The notes under the pieces are model-generated. The model saw nothing but the letters and a program-made list of their open reading frames with translations, had not been told where the DNA came from and did no database searches. The position numbers and the translations under genes were made by a program. From Mobula hypostoma (taxonomy: Eukaryota), in NCBI RefSeq assembly GCF_963921235.1, contig NC_086098.1, positions 7,998,001-8,062,000 on the forward strand: a DNA stretch of 64,000 nt. The letters are read 5' to 3'. Positions 48,729 to 61,897 of this stretch are shown here, piece after piece; position 1 is the first letter of the stretch; each line of letters starts with the position of its first letter.

Positions 48729-50714
48729 CAGGCAGAATCAATAAATCAAATAACCATAATAGGATCTATGAAAGGCTGCACTAACAAGGTGGACACACAA
48801 TGTGCAAAAGACAACAAACTGCAAATACAAAACGAAAGAGAGGGAGAAGAAATAACAAACATTAAACAATTAAGCCTGCACAACAAAATGTATGCATATC
48901 TTCAGAAAGCCTCAACAGTAAACACCACTAGATTAGTCTGAAAATTCCTAGCAATTGAGAAATTAGTGTGCTTGGCTATGCCCATACCTCAGGTTTTACC
49001 AGCTTGAGCTGAGAAAAAAATAAATGATAATAATAATAATGTAAAAGAAATAAATATGGAGAACATGAGATGAAGAGTCCTTGAAAGTGAGTTCGTAGGT
49101 TGTGGGAACAGCTCTGTGATGGGATGAGTGAAGTTGTGTGAAGTTATCCCCTCTGGTTCAAGAGCCTGATAGTTGAAGGGTAGTAGCTGTTCCTCAGCCT
49201 GGTGGTGGTGAGGCCTCAGGCTCCTGTACCTTCTTCCTGATGGCAGCAGTAAGACGAGAGTCAAGATCTTAATAAAGGTATGAAGGTGTTGAAGCGGGAA
49301 TTCAGAGATGTCAGGGATGAGGGAGTTGAGGTACTGGGAGAAGCTGGAATTGTTCTCTTTCGAGCAGGAGTTTATTATTGACAGAAATTTTATAGAAATA
49401 ATTAAAATCATGAATCATGAAGATGGTAATAGTAAAGGAAAAGAGTTTAATTTCAGTGTCTGATGGGTTGATAGCCAATGATTGGCAAAAGAACCAGGGG
49501 CAAAATAAAAGAATAATCTTTCAATAGAGAGAGTGGTTAAATGGGGCAGTGCATGGATAGTCAGTAATTATCTGTGAAAGGGAATTGGGGAAATAATTAA
49601 AGAAGTAGGTATTAAAACAAATGAGGAAATTATATTAGACTGCAATCAATTGGTCAAAGGATAGAGGCTAGACTAACGGTGGTTCACCAGTCCTCCAGGT
49701 TCGGTGGTTCAGTTCAGGGTTCAAACCCTGACCGGGAAAAGAAAATTATTATGGAAACAGCAGTGAAAAATCTTTCTTCATCTGAGTACGATGGTGCTCC
49801 TCAGTCTCTACCTGACTACCATAGTGAAAACCAAGAGGAAGCGACTGACGTGATGAAGGAAGTCCGGAACACCACCAGAGAAGGAGGGCCTTCATTACTG
49901 CCGTAAACGCCAGTAGTGTAACAGGCAGTAAGCAGCAATCAATTGGTGTAAAACAGCAAAATGCTGGAAGTAAAGAGAGTAACACTTGCAAAATGCTGGA
50001 GGAACTAAGCAGGTCAGGCAGCATTCAAGGAAAGGAATAAACAGTCAGTGTTTCAGGCCAAGACCCTTCACTAGGACTTGTGTTTATGCTGGAAATCTGT
50101 CAGCTGGTCTGAAATGTTAGCTTTGTTTTCTTTCTTGCAGATCAGCTGCCCTACTGAGTATTCCCTGTATTTTCAGCTTTTATTTCAGCTTTTCAACATC
50201 TGCGGTTTTCTTTAATGCGGTCTCTCTGTGGGATCTAGCACAGATGTGAAAGGCTGAATGGCCTCTTTATGTGCTGTGCCATTCTGTACCTTTAAGGTTA
50301 AAGTACAGACTCTGTACTTGGATGCACAGAACCAGTTTTAATCCTGATGTGAAAAGGGAGCTTTAGGTGTAAAGTCTGGCAGGCCAGTGCTCCATCTGTT
50401 CACGTCGCACTGGAACTTCAAGAGTTCATCAATAGCCAAACCTTAGGGCCTGATTGTGCCATTTGGGCCACAAGCTCTGTGTCCTACCTGTCTGCCAAGC
50501 TGCCCCGGGAAAGCTGCCAAAGGATAAATCTTATGCCAAAGAGGTCCAGCTCGTTACAGTTTGAAATATTCTGATATCTTTTTGAGAGTATTGTCACTTT
50601 TCCTTTGATCATTATTCCTTCCCATGCTCCATTAATAAAGGCCATTCCTCCACCATAAGACCATAAGCCATTTGGCCCATCGAGATCTGTTCTGCCATTC
50701 CATCATGGCTGAAT

Positions 50715-50990
50715 ATTTATTTATTGAGATGTAACATGGAATAGGCCCTTCTAGCCCTTCGAGCCACACCACCCAGCAATCCCCGATTTAACCCTAACCT
50801 AATCACAGGACAATTTACAACGACCAATTAACCTACCAACAGGTATGTCTTTGGATTGCTGGAGGGAATTGGAACACCCAGAGAAAATCCACACGGTTAC
50901 GGGTAGAATGTACAAACTCCTTACAGGCAGTGGCAGGAATTGAACCTGGGTCACTGGTACTGTAAAGCATTTATTCTACCGAGCCACCCA
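50715..50990 (-). mobile_element. tRNA/V-domain SINE
   Basis: Reverse complement of the family at 24699. Confidence 0.8.
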
Positions 50991-51454
50991 CTCAGCCCCA
51001 TTCTCCTGCATTCTCCCCATAACCTTTGACATCCTATCATCAGTGTAAGCTATATCTTTTCAGGTTTAGGAAGGATGGGCCTCACTAGAAGGCCCTAAGC
51101 TTCCACTGCATGCATTCTAGCAAGTCAGGAAAAGGTATAGACAATAGACCATAGAACAGTTCAGCACAATAAAGGCCATTCAGCCCGCAATGTTGTCCTG
51201 ACTTATATAAACCTACTCTATCGTCAATCTAACCCATAACCCTCCATTTTACTTTCAACCATGTGCCTATATAAGAGTCCTTTATGTATCTCTCACTACC
51301 TCCACCCCCAGCAGTTCACTCCAGGCACCCGCCAATCTTTGTGGCAACTACCTCTGGCATCTCGCCTAACCTTCCTCCAATCACCTTAAAAGTATGTCCT
51401 CAGGTAAAAGACGTTGGTGCCCTGGGAAAAAGTCTCTGGCTGTCCACTCAATTT

Positions 51455-51840
51455 TCATTATCATCATCATCACTATGTGCCGTGTTGTATGACATGGACG
51501 ATCATGGTCTTTCCATGACCATAATTGTTCTTGACAAATTTTTCTTCACAAGTGGTTTGTCATTGCCTTCTTCTGGGCAGTGTCTTTACAAGACAGGTGA
51601 CCCCAGCCATTATCAACACTCTTCAGAGATTGTCTGCCTGGTGTCAGTGGTCACATAACCAGAGCTTGTGATATGCACCAGCTGCTCACATGAATCCACT
51701 ACCTGCTTCCATGGCTTCACGTGACCCTGATCAGGGATCAAGTAGGTGCTACTCCTTGCCCAAGGGTGACCTGCAGGCTAGTGGAGGGAAGAAGAGCCTT
51801 ACACCTCTGTTATTAGAGACATATCTCCAACCTGCCATCC
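51455..51840 (-). mobile_element. RTE-dependent short element with (TGA)n tail
   Basis: Matches 13500-13890; tcatcatcat tail like the full RTE. Confidence 0.72.
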
Positions 51841-52367
51841 CATTGAATTTTGTGCCTCTTATAGTTTTGTACACCTCTCTCATCACCTCTCATCTTCCTT
51901 CACTCCAAAGAGAAAAGCTGTAGCTCATTCAACCTTTCACATAAGCCACGCTCTCTAAACCAGGCAGCACCTTCACTAAAGCTTACACATCTTCCTATCG
52001 TGAGGCGATCAGAATACACCAAGTGGGATCTAACCAGAACTGCAACTTCAATGCGTATGCTCTGCTTAGAATATAGAATATAGAACATTATAGCAAAATA
52101 CAGGCACTTTGGCCCATGATGTTGTGCCAATCTCTTAACCTACTCCAAGATCTCTGTTCTATGTTCTATGTTACATGCCAGATGATGGCAGATATCACAA
52201 ATGAAGGCATCAAGGGTCCAAAAATACAGGAAGAGTCATCGGCATCTGCTAGATAGGTATTGGTATGTGTGATTGAGAGTACATGGTAAACACACTCCTT
52301 ACACACACACACACACACGTTGCCTTATCGTTCTGCTCTCATTGCACTGAGTGTACGTTCTTCAATG

Positions 52368-54270
52368 TCAACACACACACAAAATGCTGGAGGAACTCAG
52401 GCGGCATCTATGGGAAAGAGTACAGAAGACATTTCGGGCCAAACTCTTCATCAGGACCATCAACTCTTTTCCATAGATGCTGCCTGGCCTACTGAGTTTC
52501 TCCAGTATTTTGAGTGTGTTGCTTGGATTTCCAGCTTCTGCATATTTTCTCATGTTTGTGATCGGTTTACTACACTGAGAACTCTCTTCCAGGGATGCCT
52601 ACCTGACGAAGTTTAAATCTTCCCTTCAATGGGAGTTCAGTGAAAGTCTCTCTCACTGCACCCCCTTTGTGATCTCTGTGGCCCTCCAGTCTTTGACCAC
52701 ATGCTTACCCAGTCCCGCTACTACAGCCATGTATCCTTCCTGGGAACACGTCCTCAGCACCAGCTCATAGCACACAGTTTCCAGATTTGTTTTCAAGCTT
52801 CTCGATTCAGACCCCTGAGGACCCCAGGTACTCATATTCAACTGAATGCTTCTCCCGCATATTCTACACGCCACACTTTCTGCCATGACATCAATGCGGC
52901 TTCTGACAACTTTGCACGCCTTCAAAAGTGCCAACTGCACAACTTCCAACTCTAACTCCAGCCTTGGCCAACAGTACTCCAGGCTGGGACCACATGTTGC
53001 CACTGGAAACCCCATCTCCCCTTCCCCCACCACCACTCTACAATCCTGTCTCTCTCAAGTCCCACCGCCAGCTCTTGGGTCTTTGGACTCCATCTCCTTC
53101 TCACACCATCTTTCCTGAACACCCCAACCCTCCCCTCTCCTCCGTCATATGTTGAAAGATCGGAGTGACTGAGGTTGTATATAATGGAATTTAGAGGGGA
53201 TCTGATTGAAACATATAAGATTATTAAGGGATTGGACATGCTAGAGGCAGGAAACATGTTCCCATTGTTGGGAGAATCCAGAACCAGAGGCCACAGTTTA
53301 AGAATAAGGGGTAGACAATTTGGAACGGAGTTGAGGAAAAACATTTTCACAAAGAGGGTTGTGGATCTGTGGAATGCTCTGCCTCAGAAGGCAGTAGAGG
53401 CCATATTCTTTGGATTCTTTCAAGAAAGAGTTAGATAGAGCTTTTAAAGATAGTGGAGTGAAGGATATGGAGAGAAGGCAGGAAAAGGGTACTGATTGTG
53501 GATGATCAGCCATGATCACAGTGAATGGCGGTGCTGGCTCAAAGGGCTGAATGGCCTACTCCTGCACCTATTGTTTATAGATAGACAGATAGATAGATAG
53601 ATAGATATACTTTATTTATCCAGAGGGAAATTTGGTTTTGTTCTATTGTTCTATTACCAACCTTCTTCCCCTGACACTACCAAACCCCTCCCTCCTGCCA
53701 GCTCTCATCCGTGCAGGGTCTTCACCATCCCCTCTAACCTTCCCCTCTCTGAGGCAGAATGTGCTGTCCTCAGTAAGAGCTTCTCCTTTGTCCCCTTGCA
53801 TCCACACCTCAGCGAGTTCCATGTCCGCCATGACGCTGAGCTCTTCTTCCGCTGCCTCCATCTCTGTGCCTACTTCTTTGGCAAGGACTCTCCACCCCAC
53901 ACCAATGACCCCTTCTCCCATCTTCAACCCTCTTCCTGTTCCTGGCCCGCCTTGGTCTTCCACCCGCTCCGGACCTTTACATCGCTAACTGCCGACAGGA
54001 CGACTACCATCTCAACCTCACCACTTCTCTTTCCAATTCCAGCCTCACTCTTTCTGAACGCTCTGCTCTCCACTCTCCCTACACTAATCCTACCCTGACC
54101 AGCTCCCCTCTCCCCCTCTTCTAACTCTGACTCCTCACCGTTTTTCCTCCAGTCCTGCCCGAAATGTCGGCTGTACTCTTTTCCATAGGTGCTGCCTGGC
54201 CTGCTGAGTTCCTCCAGCATTCTGTGTGTGTTGCTCTGGATTTCCAGCATCTTCAGCTTTTCTCTTGCTT
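52368..54270 (+). mobile_element. Penelope-like element remnant: inverted terminal pieces, ORF N-terminus, terminal repeat; interrupted by CR1
   Basis: PCRVFTIPSNLPLSEAECAVLSKSFSFVP (PLE N-terminal motif); terminal-repeat pieces at 52368-52560 and 54095-54270. Confidence 0.7.
53146..53580 (+). mobile_element. CR1 3' fragment followed by (GATA)n
   Basis: ORF 53175-53438; same 3'UTR as 1-290. Confidence 0.88.
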
Positions 54271-54894
54271 GCAAAGGTTTAGTTAAATTTCATTTTTTAT
54301 TTGTATTTAACTATAGCTGTGCGATTGTGTTGAGTATTTCACTATTTCATGCTGCCGTCTCCCAGCAATTCTATGGCATCCTCTGGGTCCTAAACAAAGC
54401 TGATGTGTTCACGTTGGCTTTCTGGTGCCTTTCCCACCATACACAGTGGAATATTTCACTTCTTTAGTAATGGGGATGTGTCAATGTGTATATGCTGTAT
54501 GTTTACTGTATTTAAGGTACATACTTCTGTTTATTGTGTAATATGATTGTAATTACATTGTAGAGTGCATCGTATTCTAATTCACATGTAGTTTTAAGCT
54601 AACTTTGTGGATAATTAAAGATGGTATGTTCTGGTGCCTGATAAATGGGGCTTGTTGCCCTCAGGATGAGAGAGAGATCGGGTCTGCCGGGAGATCCCAC
54701 AGGACACGGCTAAGCACAGAGCTATTATTGCGTTTTCTTGTAGATACCTTTTTATAAATATTGACATTCTTTCCACTATATTCACTAATTTTTGTGTTTC
54801 GTTTTTGACACACTTAATTAGCACCCTTGCACTAAAGTGCTAAGCAACTCCAGCCATTTTTCCTTTGGTAAAATTCAAGGTCATAACCTATGTT

Positions 54895-55528
54895 AGGAGG
54901 GAGGAGAAGATGGCGGCGCGACGCACTGCGTGCGGCTGTTCTGAATGAATATCGATTTGTGTAACTAGGGGTGCCGTGCACAATCCGGACAGCCGCGAAG
55001 CACAGAGGAACTTCTGGAGGAACTTCTGAAATGCCCGCTTCACTGCCGCTGCTACTGTGCGATCGAGAATCTCCGGAGACGAAGGCCCCAAATCCTCGGC
55101 TTTGCGTATCGCCCATTGCCAGGGCCGGGGTCGAAACGCTCGGTCGAGATGGTGCTCGGTGCTCAGTGTCAAATAGGTGGTCGGAGGCTCGGAGTTTTTC
55201 GGATGGACTCGGAGTCGGATGTTTCCAGAATGCTGCATCGGCAAATTGGTGGCGCTAGAGGTTCACCATCTGCGTGAGATGATGTGACTTTCGAAAGACT
55301 TTGAGATTTTTACTGAGCCATGGTCTGTTCTTATCAAATTACGGTTTTGCTTTGCATCGTTGTAACTATATGTTATAATTATGTGGTTTTTGTTAGTTTT
55401 TAAGTCGGTTTGTCATGTGTTTTCGTGATATCATTCTGGAAAAACATTTTTATCATTTCTTAATGCATGCATTACTAAATGACAATAAAAGGGGACTGTG
55501 TGTCCTCATAATCATAATAATAATCATA
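54895..55528 (+). mobile_element. ~630-bp non-autonomous retroelement (AAGATGGCGGC head, (CATAAT)n tail)
   Basis: Colinear with 36681-37336; candidate TSD atgtt (54890-54894 / 55529-55533). Confidence 0.8.
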
Positions 55529-57074
55529 ATGTTTTTAACAGTATGGTAAATACATCAGATAGACTGATTTCTTCTCTGTCAACACCCCAAAAGCACCCAC
55601 TGTCAGGCCAATGTCTGACCTTCCAGAGCAACAATTGTTATACCCGTACTTTTAACTTTTGACAAATAGTTCCTATGAGACAGGTTGCTACACAAATGAA
55701 AACCTTTTTCATTTCCTTTCTTGCATTCCTGCACGGTGTACTCTCGGAGTCATGCCAAATGTGAGGCTTACTGAGGAGACAGAAGAAGCAGCCTGGATTA
55801 GTTCAGCAGTCCTCAAAACCATCAGTTTTAATAAGCATGAAAAATAGAAATAAGAAAAGACACACGCAGATTGATTGGGCAATTCGGATAGAGAATGTGC
55901 ACTTTGACCTGGCCCAAGGCGGAATGTGAAGAAAGTACTTCATTCATTAACATATATTATTTTTTAATTAATGATATTATTCCTAGCGAGCACTAAAACA
56001 GTAAAACAGATGGTAAAGATGATGAATATTTGTTGGACAGTCACCAGGTGACAGATTTACTGCTGTGTTATCAAATAGAAAGTCTACCTGAGGTGGTGAA
56101 TCACTGAAAAGCAGCATACAGTAAAAATTCTTCACTTAATGTGTCAGCTTTTGAAAAACTACTCTCATTAGACTTGGATATGCTTCTACAAGTAGTATAG
56201 TTGAGTGGTACCAACGATGTTCTGGATGAATGGCCATCCACATTTATGTGTATTAGCCAACTAACAGTTTTAAAAAATGTTTAAATTAAGTTACATGTGA
56301 TCTACAGCTCAAGCTGTGGCTCTTCGCATACGGCGGGCTTTCAAAGCGGCTGTGTGTCCTGGTGTTTCACTATCTCCTGGAACGGCCTGGAAGATGAGCG
56401 CCTTTGGGAAGCAGCCCCATACTCAAGCGATCCCTCTCTCACTCTCTCTCTCTCGATGATTAGTGAAAGCTTGTCGGTCCTCAAATCAGGGGGCTTAGAG
56501 AAGCCATGAGGAAGATTGTAACATTGGAACAATGAGTTGCTGGTCTTCCCCCTTGTTATTGCAGGAGCAATCTCGCTCTCCCTCGCTGGTGACAGAGGGC
56601 CTGTCTGAGATCTGAAGTGCTGGGTTACGGACGGTAGTTTTTGATGGACTCTAGATCAAGGTCTCTTTGGGGACTTTGCCATGGTGTGCATGGTGGGAGG
56701 AGGAGGGTTGGTGCATCTGCTGGTGCACGAGGGGAGGGTGATCGGGAGAGCTGATGCTTCGGCTGCTGCTTGTGTTTGGGAGGGGGAGGGGGCTTTCGGT
56801 TTCTGATGTTACCAACATTCATTCTTTGGGGTTCTTGTTTTGTTCTCTGTGAAGAGTAAGAACTTCAGGTTCTATATTTTATCCATTCTCTGATATTAAA
56901 TGGAACCATCTGAACGTGGTACACTGGGATATCTGGGGAAATAGTGTAGACAAAAGGCTCGTAGGTTAACCTTTTCCCGCTCTTATCTGCTTGAGTTGTC
57001 TCAAACAATTTTAAGGATTGCAAGGACGGTCCACTTTTTTCACTGTATCTACTCAGTGTTCACCTTATCAAGTA

Positions 57075-58210
57075 CCACTTGTACCTGACGAACATTGGAG
57101 CTCCTCAAGGTTGTGTGCTCAGCCCACAGCTCTACTCTCTCTACGTCCGTGGGTGTGTGACCAGGTGCAGCTCAAATCCCATCGATACACTTGCCAATGA
57201 AACAACTATTACTGGCCAAGTTTCAAATGGTGACAAGGAGATGTATAAGAGTGAGGTAGAACAGCTGGGTGAGTGCTGTCTTATCAACTACCTTGCGCTC
57301 AATGTCAGTGAACCAAGGAATTGATTGTGAACTTCAGGCAGGGGAAGTCAAGGGAACAACATAGAACATAGAATAGTACAGCACAGTACAGGCCCTTTGG
57401 CCCACAATGTTGTGCTGACCCTTAATCCCTGCCTCCCATATAACCCCCCACAAATTCTTTCATATACCTGTCTAGTAGTCTCTTAAACTTCACTAGTGTA
57501 TCTGCCTCCACCACTGACTCAGGCAGTGCATTCCACGCACTAACCACTCTCTGAGTAAAAAACCTTCCTCTAATATCCCCCTTGAACTTCCCACCCCTTA
57601 CCTTAAAGCCATGTCCTCTTGTATTGAGCAGTGTTGCTCTGGGGAAGAGGCGCTGGCTGTCCACTCTATCTATTCCTCTTAATATCTTGTACACTTCTAT
57701 CATGTCTCCTCTCATCCTCCTTCTCTCCAAAGAGTAAAGCCCTAGCTCCCTTAATCTCTGATCATAATACATACTCTCCATACCAGGCAGCATTCTGGTA
57801 AATCTCCTCTGTACCCTTTCCAATGCTTCCACATCCTTCCTATAGTGAGGCAACCAGAACTGAACACAGTACTCCAAGTGTGGCCTAACCAGAGTTTTAT
57901 AGAGCTAAATCATTACCTCACGAATCTTAAACTCTGTCCCTCGACCTATGAGAGCTAACACCCCATAGGCTTTCTTAACTTCTCTATCTACCTGTGATAT
58001 CTACCTGTCTATCCAGTCCTCGTCAGTGATGGAAAAGGTGAGCAATTTCAAGTTTGTGGGTGTCAACATCTCTGAAGATCTATCCTTGCTCCAACATTTT
58101 GATGCAATCATGAATAGACATGCCAGTGGCTATATTCCATTGGAATTTTGAGGAGATTTGGTATGTTAACAAACATTCCAGCAAGTTTCGATAGATGTAC
58201 TGTGGAGTAT
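57075..58210 (+). mobile_element. Old Rex1/Babar RT fragment interrupted by CR1
   Basis: [17 protein letters not shown]; resumes at ~58011. Confidence 0.75.
57355..58010 (-). mobile_element. 5'-truncated CR1
   Basis: ORF 57422-57877; same subfamily as 9172-9875. Confidence 0.92.
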
Positions 58211-58921
58211 TGTGCCACCCAGTAAGACTTGGCCCGACATGTCAACTCTTTATTCCTTTCCATCGAAGCTGCCTGACCTGTAGGTTGTTGAGTTAGTTCA
58301 GCGTTGAGATGAGTGACGTTATCAGAGTACTTGATGCCAAGTAGTTTCTAGAGAAAAACAAACTGAACATCAGTGAGTATCTGCAGATTATCTAGTGTTT
58401 GTGAGGAGTGAGTATATTGTTGTTGAGCACGTGCCAATTCATGGGTCTATTGATACTATTCATTGCCTTGATTAAAGATAAACAGGGAAATACATTAAAG
58501 AAAAGAAGCTGCTTATGAGACAGAATTTCAAATCCTCATACGAATTTGAAAGTTCATTAATGCATTTCACCATGTTTAGTGAGGAGAGATTAGATATTTG
58601 CCATCGATTTCCGGTTTTCTTGCTTTATTGTAAGATTTTCTCAGTTACAGGTTAATGTTTTATTTCTTCATTTTGGAACAATTTAGACATAAAATCCATA
58701 CAACTTGCTCTTCATTATGCTGTTAATGCAATCCATGCTTGTGGTGGCCATCACCGAGAGCCAGCAGCAACAACGTCCGCTCTCAAGCAGAAACGGAGTC
58801 TCCACATGCAGGGTTCTATCCATCACCACCCCTCCCAACGCTCATAACCCACCCAGCAATTAACCATTAATGTTAGGAGAAAACCATGAATTTATCGAAA
58901 ATCATCAAGCAATTCTCAGGG

Positions 58922-58973
58922 CAGGGGTTCCCAACCATTTTTAATTCCATGGACCCCAGGTTGGGAACCCCTG
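58922..58973. mobile_element. 52-bp hAT-like MITE
   Basis: Perfect 15-bp TIR CAGGGGTTCCCAACC / GGTTGGGAACCCCTG. Confidence 0.7.
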
Positions 58974-59759
58974 TCTCGAAACATGTGGTGCCTCAGACTT
59001 CATTCTTTTGCATCAGTCTGCCTCTCCTCAATAATAGCATATTTTAACAATTAGAAAATAAGACAGTTAAAATGCAGTATTTTTTAAATCTATTTACAAG
59101 CAATGATACCCCAGCAAACTGTACAGATGGACTGAGCTGTCCTCCAGATATGGAACCTAGTGTTGCGATCCATATGGAGAGCCTGGAGTACTTATTGATT
59201 ATTCAGAAATAACTGGCTTTGCTGGGGCTATTTATCATAACTTTTGAAGTTTCGGCTCTGTACTGAAGCACTGAGAGGGCCCAGCTGGAGGATGTACAAC
59301 AGAACAACCAGTGATGAGATGATGGGGACCAGACCACCAGATGGTTTCCCTGCTCACTAGAAAGAGACTTCTGGGTGATGCTACAAATATTTGCAATCAG
59401 ATCAGCCATTTGTTGTATGCTCTCACAATACACAAGTGGAATTGGAATGCACTGTAGGGGACATGAAGAAAGATGTATTTATCTTCTGAAAATCCAACCT
59501 GCAGATGCTGGAAATCTGAAATAACAGCAGAAAATGCTGGAACTAGGTGACCAGAAACTATGGAATGGAAAAGAAGTCAATGCTTCAGATCCAAAATAAT
59601 TCAACGGAAGAGTTCATGTAATTCATCTTGGACGGATGTCAGAGGTGAGCATGTTTATGCAGATATGAAGACACTCCCCATACTTCAGGAATGAGTGACA
59701 AATGAAAGAATCACACCAGAAACTAAGCCTGTTTGCCCCTCTCACCAAATTTTCAGATA

Positions 59760-60935
59760 ATCCTCATCCACAGCCAGAAGTGCTCGACAACGTGATCCCC
59801 CAGTTTCGACAGGACTCACCAATAGAGAGATGGCGTGTCAGGGGAATCGAACATAATTGACGACCCCAGCATATTTGCAGGTGTAGTGTTGCCTCACCTG
59901 GAAGGACTATTTGGGGTCCTGAATGGAGATGAGGGAGGAGGAGGAGAATGGGCAGGTGTAGGACTTTGACCGTTTGCAAGGATAAGTACCGGGAGGGAAG
60001 AACAGGCAAGGGAGTCATGGAGGAAACAATCCCTGTGGGAACCGGTGAGTCGGGGCATGAGATAAAGATAAGTTTGATTGTAAGATCCTCTTGGAGATGC
60101 TGGAAGTTGTGGAGAATGATGTGTTAATGTGGTAGGTAAGGACAAGAGGAAATTTATTTCTGATAAAGAGGTGGAAAGAAGGGAGAGCATGGATGTTTGG
60201 AAATGGAGGAGATGCGAGCGAGGGCAGCATCAATGGTAAAGGAAGGGAAACCCAATTCTTTGAAGAAAGAGGAGATCTCTGCTATCCTGAAAAGGAAAGC
60301 TTCATCCGGGGAACAGATGCAGTCAAGACAAAGGAACTGGAAATGGGAATAGCATTTTTACCAGAGATCAGGTGGGACGAGGTCCAGTCAAGATAGCCAT
60401 GGGAATCAATAGGTGTTTAAAAATGTTGGTTGACAGTTTGTCTCCAGAGATGGAGACAGAGAGATGGAGAAAGTGGAGGGTGGTGTCAGAAATCAACCAA
60501 GTGAGTTTAAGGACAGGGTGGAATTTGGAAGCAAAGTTGATGAAATTGAGTTCAGTGTGGGTGCATGAAGCAGTGCCAGTGCAGTCATCAATGTAGCAGA
60601 GGAAACACTGGGGAGTGATGCCAGTGTAGGCTTGGAACACGGACTGTTCCACGTAACCAATGAAAAGGCAGGCATAGCTGGGACCGACGTGGATGTCCAT
60701 GGATACCTTCGAGTCTGGAGAAAGTGACAGGAGACAAAAGAGAAATCGTTGAGGGTGAGGACCAGTTCTGCCACACGGAGAAGGGTCGTGGTGAGGAGAA
60801 TTGGTTGGTTCTTTTACTGAGAAAGAATCAGAGGGGTTTAAGGCCTTCATGGTGGAGGATGGCAGTGTATAGGGACCGGACATCCATGGTGAAAATGAGG
60901 CAGTCAGAACCAGGGAAGTGAAAGGTAGTGAGGAG
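59760..60935 (-). pseudogene. Penelope-like (Neptune-type) RT + Cys linker + GIY-YIG remnant
   Basis: ELVLTLNDFSF, GPSYACLFIGYVE, CYIDDC, LHFLHLSVSI, PGTYPCKRSKSYTCP, IGE..R motifs; frameshifted. Confidence 0.85.
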
Positions 60936-61897
60936 AGAGGCCAGTTAGTTTAATATCTGTAGTTGGGAAAGTGCTTGAAGCTATCATTAAAGAAGAAATA
61001 GTGAGGCATTGGAAAGAAATGGATCCATCAGGCAGATTCAGCATGGATTCAGCAAAAGCAGCTCCCGTTTGACAAACTTACTGCAGTTCTTTGAGGATAT
61101 GATGAACGCAGCGGATAATGGGGAACAGATGGACGTTATTTACTTGGATTTCCAGAAAGCCTTCGATAAGGTGCCACAGAAAAGACCTATCTATAAGGGG
61201 GTGATGTATTAGCATGGTACCTCCACTGCCTTACAGCCATAACCACCCATGAGAAAGGCTTCAGGAGAAAACCCTGAGGAAGAAAACCAGAGCTGGGGTC
61301 CCTAAGGCAGTTTGATGTTGCTTACAACTTCATTCCGGCAACCTCTCTCACAACACTGATGCCAAGCTGTATCGGCACTTGCCCTTCCCTTGGGCTACAT
61401 CAGTGACGTGGAGAGGAGGAGCCTGTTGCATGGGTAACAGCCAGTTCTTGAAATCTTTCCACCCAGGCTTGCGCCCTGGAGGAGACACAGTCCACCAGAG
61501 GTGCAAACCCATGATCCCCTGGGATTGACAGCTGCCTACTACTATTATTAGCATGGATAGAGGATTGGTTAACTAATAGAAAGCAGGGAGTTGGGATACA
61601 TGGGTGTTACTCTGGTTGACAATCAGTGGTGAGCGGTGTGCCACAGAGGTCAGTGCAGGGCCCACAACTGTTCACGATATATATTAATGATCTGGAAGAG
61701 AGGATAGAGTGTAGTGTATTTAAGTTTGCTGATGACACTAAATTGACTGGAAAAGCAAATTGTGCAGAAGATACAGAGAATCTGTAGAGAGATATAGATA
61801 GGCTAAATGAGTGGCCAAGGGTCTGGCAGATGGAGCATAATGTTTGTAAATGTGAGGTCATCCACTTTGGAAGGAAGAATGGAAGAACCGATTACTA
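60936..61897 (+). mobile_element. CR1 RT fragment (interrupted at 61215-61545)
   Basis: QHGFSK..YLDFQKAFDKVP; KFADDTKL. Confidence 0.85.

Noticed and set aside
59099..59212. Open frame NDTPANCTDGLSCPPDMEPSVAIH.. in unique DNA
   Set aside because: Weak acceptor, no recognisable homology, short.
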